This document shows, one piece after another, positions 52,519 through 59,160 of a DNA stretch of 59,160 nucleotides. A program made the translations under genes and the position numbers. This stretch comes from Octopus bimaculoides (lineage: Eukaryota), in the NCBI RefSeq assembly GCF_001194135.2, contig NC_068996.1:20744260-20803419 (forward strand), given 5' to 3'. Numbering within the stretch: the stretch's first letter is position 1; every line of letters starts with the position of its first letter. Under the pieces are notes generated by a model. It saw only the letters and a program-made list of their open reading frames with translations. It made no database searches and was not told the DNA's origin.

Positions 52519-52842
52519 ACTTGGAGATGGTCATATTGCCAGTTTAGCCAATAAAAGCACACTCACTGTATATTTGATGTTAATTTGCTTCAGCTTTATA
52601 TTACATTATATTACATTAATCCTATTTTGGCCAGAGTTCTTTCATCACACTTCTGTGACCTCATCAGTGGTCCTTTGCTTTCTTCTTTCTTATGTGTGTC
52701 TCACCTTGCTAACTATCAGCCATTTTGTATACAAAATGTGTGACGAAAGAACTCTGGCTGAAATAGGATTAATGTAATATAATGTAATATAAAGCTGAAG
52801 CAAATTAACACCAAATATATGACCATCCCCAAGTACAACAAC
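52511..52842. mobile_element. Fold-back element (~105-bp arms, ~87-nt spacer, ~34-nt insertion in the left arm); probable Penelope-like terminal-repeat derivative
   Basis: 52511-52650 pairs with 52738-52842; the spacer carries the CTGATGA core on the minus strand. Confidence 0.75.
52631..52670 (-). ncRNA. Complete minimal type I hammerhead-ribozyme-like motif
   Basis: CCA-CTGATGA-G-GTCACA gaag TGTGA(T/C)-GAAA-G aa C-TC-TGG: stem I CCA/TGG, 6-bp stem II (the other arm retains C), CUC cleavage triplet. Confidence 0.6.
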
Positions 52843-52882
52843 ATCTGTTTCAACACACGATCTCACATCAAAAATCTTGCAA

Positions 52883-52918
<36 letters not shown>

Positions 52919-52919
52919 T

Positions 52920-53995
52920 AAACCTTGGGAGAGGCTTTGTATTTCTTTCAACACACGTATCCACATCAAGAATCTTGCACACGAAATACACATACGAAGG
53001 AAAGATTGATAGAAAAGAACACAAGACTTGAAGTGATTCCAAGTGCAATCCAAAGTTTCTCACTCACCTCAAATGCTTGATTGAAGCCATCCATGACAGC
53101 TCAAGCAAAGAAATGCAATGTGTCCCTTTCCACTGTGTCCAGAGCTGTGAACCTTGACATGACTAACTATGTTCAACAACACCATCACCTCCTAACAGCC
53201 AAGGCCAAATCAATCAGAGCCGGGAGATGCCCAAAGCTTCAAGCATCAAAGTGCAAGAAATGCTCAAAGCATCAAGCATCAAAGTGCAAGAAAATTTCTA
53301 ATATTTGTGGATGAGAAGCTCACTGTGGATGCTTAAGTGAATCACAAAAATTCTTGAGTGATTGCATACAACCCTTCTGAGTCCCCCCACCACTGTGTTT
53401 GAGACTAAGAATCCTGCCTCTGTGATGGTATTTGGAGCTGTGGTGAGTGATAGAAGTGTTATGGATCTACATTTCATTGAGTCTGGCACAAAGGGGTATC
53501 TGGATATCTTGTCTCTCTGTCACCTTGTATGGAGCAGAAGTTTAGGCTTTACAATGTGATGCTTATTCAGGATTCTGCACCATGCCATGGGTCAAAAGCA
53601 ACACAGGCGTTCCTTGGTGAGAAGGTTCCATTTTTTGTGAGGACCAACATCTGACCCAGTAATAGCCCAAATCTCAACCTTTTTGATTACTTTTTATGGG
53701 GTGTACTTCAAGCAAGGACCACTGCTTCACCACACTTGAGCGTCAACAGTTTGAAGACCTACATTGTGCATGCAGCATGCAAAATCAAAAAGACAAAGGT
53801 TGCAGCAGCTGCAAAAAAATTTCGTTCTCATGTGGAGGCAGTAATTGCCCAAAAGGGAAGCCATATTGAATAACAAATCTTTTTTGTTATAATAAATGTT
53901 ACATTAAAATTATATTTGTCTACTACCATTGTTTTAGTATTTATAACCAGTTTTATGCATCGTAAAAATTGTCTCAATTTATCTGCAAGACCGTG
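52920..53995 (+). mobile_element. Second DD37D (maT) element, decayed, right TIR present
   Basis: KNPASVMVFGAVVSD, IQDSAPCHGSKATQAFL...PSNSPNLNLFDY (37-residue spacing); ends caatttatctgcaagaccgtg|TA. Confidence 0.85.
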
Positions 53996-54009
53996 TATAT
54001 GTGTGTGCG

Positions 54010-54870
54010 TACTGTCCTGTTTGTGTTACCAATTTTAACCCTCTGTAAAATCCCAAATTTTATTTAATTTGCTTTGCAGGAGAAACTGTTTTATTGAAAG
54101 CATATATTGTTGTTAAATGCCTGAAATAGTAGAAAAACAGTCAACAACTGATGAAGGGTCGTTCTTCATGTTGTTTGTCTTGTTTTCCATTTGTGTCTTT
54201 CGTTGTTTGAAAAAAATAGTTTATATTCCATGTACTCGTACTTCGTATTTTTTTGTTGTACATGTTTGTGATATCCTATGTCCACATATGCGCATATATA
54301 TCTTTTTACTCTTTCGTTTTTCTCTCTTTCTCTCTTATTCTTTTACCTCCTTTTCTCCCATTATTCTATCCTATTACTCTTTTGTTTTTTATTCTTCTAC
54401 CTCCCCTTCTCTCCTCCTGTTTTTTCTCACTTATCCTATCTCCAATTTTTTCCTCCCACTTTCACAGTTCTCTATCTGTCACTCTCTCTCCCTCACTCTT
54501 CCTCCTTGTTCACGTGGCTTTCACATGACCATCGCCCATCTTTCTTCTCCTAATTTGTGTTTCTTTCTTTCTCTCCACTGTCACTGGAGCGAAGAAGACA
54601 TGTTCTTGTCTGTCTCCTGTCCAAGCTTGATGTATGCGTTCGCCACCACAACCTCGTTTAGGCATAGCAGCCTTCCTATTTGTGTTACCAATTTTGATCC
54701 TCCACAAAACCCCAAATTTTACTTAATTTGTTTTGCAGGAACNNNNNNNNNNNNNNNNNNNNGCAGGAACAACTGTTTTATCGAAAGTGTATGTTGTTGT
54801 TAAATGCTCAAAATACGAGAGTAGAAAAACAGCCAACAACTGATAATGGGTCGTTCTCGAGGTTACTGTG
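54010..54870 (+). repeat. Two diverged ~150-bp direct repeats (54010-54165; 54675-54860) flanking a pyrimidine-rich segment; pLTR-like
   Basis: tttgtgttaccaatttt...gcagga...GAAAg...ttgttg...caacaaCTGAT(G/A)A(a/t)gggtcgttct appears twice. Confidence 0.7.
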
Positions 54871-55261
54871 GTCTTTCTCGTGGGTTTTACTTTCCTAATC
54901 TGTTTCCCCTTTTACACTATGACATTTCTGTCATACACGATCTCAATTGATCAGCTTTTGTTTTACTTTTTTTTAACAATCTCTTTTGATCGAATTTCTA
55001 CCCACCCCCCGCCGCCTTTTTGTCTTTTTTCATTTTTTTTCCTTCTTCTCTTCCCAAAAAGAAAAGCTCTACTTTGTATTTTGTCCCCTCTGTGTTCAAC
55101 CCTGTGTGGCCAATAAAGAAACATATCTATCTATCTATCTATCTATATGTATGTTTGTATGTATGTACATATGTATGTATATATACACATACGTGTGTGT
55201 GTGTATGTGTGTGTGTGTGTATGTGTGTGTGTGTATGTGTGTGTGTGTGTGTGTGTCTATA

Positions 55262-55505
55262 TATTTTTGTGTATGTGTCTTTGTGTTTGTGTTCATGTAT
55301 TGTATCCTGCTCACTGCTTGATAACTGGTGTTGGTTTGTTTATGGACCCTGTAACTTAGTGGTTCAGCAAAAGCAGACAGATCGAATAGAAACTAGCCTT
55401 AAAACAAAAAAATAAGTACAGGGGTTGATTTGTTCAAATAAACCCTCCAAGGTGGTGCCCCAGCATGGCCACAGTCCAATGAGTGAAACAGGATAAAAGA
55501 TAAAA
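55262..55505 (+). mobile_element. OR-type SINE 3' half
   Basis: cttgataactggtgttgg...ggtgccccagcatggccacagtccaatgagtgaaacagg. Confidence 0.75.
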
Positions 55506-55879
55506 AGTATATATAATGAAACAGACTCCAAAGAGGCTGGTGTTAGTCTGCATCAACAAGACTTGCATATCATTTATTAAAATCAATAAAAAGAGTACAT
55601 TAAACATGCTATGAGGAGTAGAAAATCCAATATTCTGGACAGAGTTCTTCAGAAAAAAAGTTGACAGGAAAGAAATTAACAAGAAGCAGTAGTTTTACAT
55701 CCTCTAAGTTAAAAAAAAAATACCTGTTACAACCGAATTCTTTTTTAAAATTTCAGCATGTGAAACTGCTGTCTCTCATTACTTTCTCTCCTATCAAATT
55801 TCCCCGAAAGTAGGACTGTGATCACAAACGGATTTTCTACTCCTCAAGTTCATGTACTCTTTTTATGGATTTTACCATA

Positions 55880-56172
55880 TCATCATCATCATCATCATCA
55901 TCATCTTCATCGTTTAACGTCTGCTTTCCATGCTAGCATGGGTTGGACAATTTGACTGAGTTCTGGTGAACCAGATAGCTACACCAGGCTCCAATCTGAT
56001 TTGGCAGAGTTTCTACAGCTGGATGCCCTTCCTAACTCTGAGAGTGTAATGGGTGCTTTTACATACCACCGGCATGAATGCCAGTCAGGCGGTACTGGCA
56101 ATGGCCATGCTCGAAATGGTGTATTTTATGTGCCACCTGCACAGGAACCAGTCCAGCGGCACTGGCAATGAT
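55880..56172 (-). mobile_element. RTE LINE 3' end
   Basis: (CAT)n cgtttaacgtctgctttccatgctagcatgggttgg... Confidence 0.85.
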
Positions 56173-56379
56173 TACCATATATATATATATATANNNNNNN
56201 NNNNNNNNNNNNNNNNNNNNNNNNNNNNNNNNNNNNNNNNNNNNNNNNNNNNNNNNNNNNNNNNNNNNNNNNNNNNNNNNNNNNNNNNNNNNNNNNNNNN
56301 NNNNNNNNNNNNNNNNNNNNNNNNNNNNNNNNNNNNNNNNNNNNNNNNNNNNNNNNNNNNNNNNNNNNNNNNNNNNNNN

Positions 56380-56413
<34 letters not shown>

Positions 56414-56541
56414 GGTAAATGAGAGACGGATGATATGAGAATTTTTATAAATCGTTACAATTGTTTCAACATATGTAGCATTGACCCCTCATGGGTGGGA
56501 TACTTAATATGACGTTTCTGACAGCTGTTTCGATCTAGAAA

Positions 56542-56635
56542 TCTTTAGATAATTAATTTATAAAATTAAAATCATTATAAGATGAAGAGATTCATCTTAT
56601 AATGATTTTAATTTTATAAATTAGTTATCTAAAGA
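56542..56635. repeat. Inverted repeat, 45-bp arms, GAGA loop, one mismatch; abuts a degenerate hammerhead-like motif (56512-56548, minus strand)
   Basis: tctttagataattaatttataaaattaaaatcattataagatgaa-gaga-ttcatcttataatg...ttatctaaaga. Confidence 0.9.
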
Positions 56636-56856
56636 CGTCTGAATCAAAACACCAGTTAGAGATGTTGTCATATTTTATGATTAATAAATAATTTTATTAA
56701 TTACCTCTCCACTTTCTTCTTATTCTTTGAATATATAGATATATGAACCACGGTTTATATGGTTATCTTATAGTTGAACTTTCTATAGATTGGTAACTAA
56801 CCAGTATTTTCATTGGATTTATGATCCCTTAATGAGGTTTATTATCGTTACTTGAT

Positions 56857-56907
<51 letters not shown>

Positions 56908-57833
56908 ATATGTACACACACACACAATCACACATACACACAAACACACACACGCACACACACGTATATATATAGATATGTTCAGTTGCAGGATTCGTTA
57001 GAATCTAGTTATTTCAATCTGTTGGATGCCACAAAAGGCTGCATACTGGGCTTACAATACTCTAGAGAAAATTAAAGTTGTCATTTGCTTCTTACATGAT
57101 GTAATTATGCATATATTCGCCTACACATCTATCTATATATATATAAATACACATAGACAGATGCATATATACATAGGTATCCTATCTAATTAATACAAAC
57201 TGTAAATCCAATTCAAAGATGGTTCTAAGTGTAGCATATGTGAAAAAAAAAAATCACAAATGGGGTTCAACCCATCATGAAGCCTGACAGCTACACCTCT
57301 GCAAGATCAAAAGTTACCCTTTCCTATGAACAGCTGTTAATCTTATGTAAAATACATGTGTTTTTGCCACAATAAAGTACTACTCATATCACTGAAAAGA
57401 AGCAGCTGTTACATATTTAAAGTACAACCACTTACACACTAACATTATACATTCCCTTACCTCTTTCTCTCTTCTATTGTTCCTACAATGGTACTGTTCC
57501 CATGGGCTAATATGCAGTATATCATTTCTAACCAATCCTACCTACTTGAGTCACTTACCTTTTCTTGTCCTTCGACTGAGTTATTCCTTAACCCTTTTCC
57601 TGTCCAAACCATTTTCATAATTTTGTCTAAACATTTATACTTGCTTTCAGACTTTTAGTTAGGTCTTGTTTCATATGTACTGTGTATTATAAAGCAATCC
57701 TTTCATAAGTCCCAAGTTACTCTGCTGGTTGAAAAAAAAAATTGGTAACATATATTGTATATGATGCAGGAATGCCAGAGAGATATGTCCTGTGTATCAC
57801 ATGTAATATACAGGGCAGCACTAAAAAGTTTAA

Positions 57834-58046
57834 CCCTTTAACATTCAGATTACTCTATAAAATGTAATATTTATGTATTCACATTGTTTTGAATTAATTA
57901 TGCATTATCTATTAGCTTTGAAAATTCAATAATGTGACTGTCTTTTTTTAGAATGACATTGTAGGGTAAATGTGAGAGGCCAGATCTGGCCAGTTTGAAC
58001 TGGTAGAACATTTGGGCCAGATGTGATCCGTTTAAATGCTAAATGG
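57834..58046 (+). mobile_element. piggyBac-like MITE (~213 bp)
   Basis: TTAA|ccctttaacatt ... aatgctaaatgg|CTAA (decayed TTAA). Confidence 0.65.
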
Positions 58047-58198
58047 CTAAAAGTTAAATAATTTGGTTTGCCCTCTGAAACCCAACTGTAAATATTTTTG
58101 TAAGCCGCTGTCTTATACCATTAAATTACAATAATCCCTGAAATCTCTTCACTGCCTATATTTTTGCCCCAGAAAGTGAACAATAGCTTCAACTTCAC

Positions 58199-58278
58199 TT
58201 GTCTAAGAGAGCTAAAATCATGATCCCTATCAACCATCCCAGATATGTAGGTTTCTCTTGAGCTACGAAAACGATCAA
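58199..58278 (-). CDS. Candidate 80-nt exon DRFRSSRETYISGMVDRDHDFSSLRQ
   Basis: Acceptor catgtatttag, donor CAA|gtgaag; charged, protein-like composition with retained CpG. Confidence 0.3.
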
Positions 58279-58663
58279 CTAAATACATGTAATGTAATTT
58301 ACATTTCTGAAGATGAACGTCACCTTTGGCCATTTTTAGCAATGGTGTATATGTTTGGTATCTCTGTAAGAGTTCTTCAGAGATAAAGCTTAGCATTAGT
58401 AGTAAAAGTGGCAGTTTTTTCACCATCATCATTATCATAGATTTTAATGTCCACTTTTCCTTGCTTGTATGAGTTGAATATAATTTTGTTAGGGTAGATT
58501 TTCTATGGCCAGATGCCCTCACCTGTTTCCAAGCAAGGTAATATTTCCCCATGGCTAGACATATTTTCAGGGAAGATTGGGAATAAAGGACACTACTTGC
58601 ATGCAGATAACACTCGTTTATGACTATCACACAAATTCAAGGCAAGGAAATAGTAACACACAA

Positions 58664-58716
<53 letters not shown>

Positions 58717-58821
58717 CATCCATACATATTTGTTGTATAATATTCATAGAATCTTGTGGCTATCACTGAAAGCTCCTCTAGAGGATGTGGCTCTATCATA
58801 CAACATAGTAATTTAATATGA

Positions 58822-59160
58822 ACCAGTCACCTAGTCACCTACCGCTCCGGCAGACACTCTAGCCAAATCGACTACATCCTCGCCAGAAATAGGGAAAGAG
58901 GGCGGCTTATAAATGCCAAAACCTACCCTGGCGAAGAATGTACCCCACAACATAGATTAGTAGTTAGCGACTTTGGGATCAAGGCAAAATGGGTGCCCAG
59001 AATTAGACAGGCTTGGAGAAGAAGGGTGTGGAAGCTGAAAGACCCTGCAAACGGACAGAGACTTAGAGACAAGTTACTTGAAGCATTTAACGAAATAGAA
59101 GGGGATATAGCATCATACAACGTGGAAGACAATTGGAGATTTCTGCGGGACAACCTGTTG
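58822..59160 (+). mobile_element. Young RTE LINE fragment, APE endonuclease C-terminus; 5' truncated and runs off the window
   Basis: Uninterrupted frame: SHLVTYRSGRHSSQIDYILAR...EECTPQHRLVVSDF...RRRVWKLKDP. Confidence 0.9.

Noticed and set aside
54117-54803. 228-aa hydrophobic ORF
   Set aside because: Low-complexity pyrimidine-rich repeat sequence with an F/L/S bias and no recognisable domain.

Overview
AT-rich, repeat-dense eukaryotic (metazoan) DNA with many microsatellites and N-gaps. The SINE, RTE-tail and MITE families look like those of octopod cephalopods (recognised from memory, not searched). Most of the window is decayed mobile DNA: many RTE-clade LINE pieces, two R4/Dong-type RLE LINE 3' ends, CR1/L2-type relics, tRNA-derived SINEs, two DD37D (maT) and one mariner-type element, piggyBac-like MITEs, and a 2.8-kb hAT-like transposon with degenerate TIRs and an 8-bp TSD inserted in an RTE fragment. 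A CpG-retaining, TE-poor domain (~5-12 kb) probably holds the promoter of a minus-strand gene. Several small minus-strand exon candidates can be seen, but the gene could not be named. The most striking unexplained structure is six fold-back inverted repeats with 45-161-bp arms. Four of them have a minimal hammerhead-ribozyme-like core (CUGAnGA-[extra purine(s)]-stem II-GAAA-short stem III-NUH) at or next to the centre, and one is flanked by a 13-bp target-site duplication. This suggests non-autonomous, Penelope-type, ribozyme-carrying fold-back retroelements. No CRISPR, rRNA or intact tRNA genes were found.
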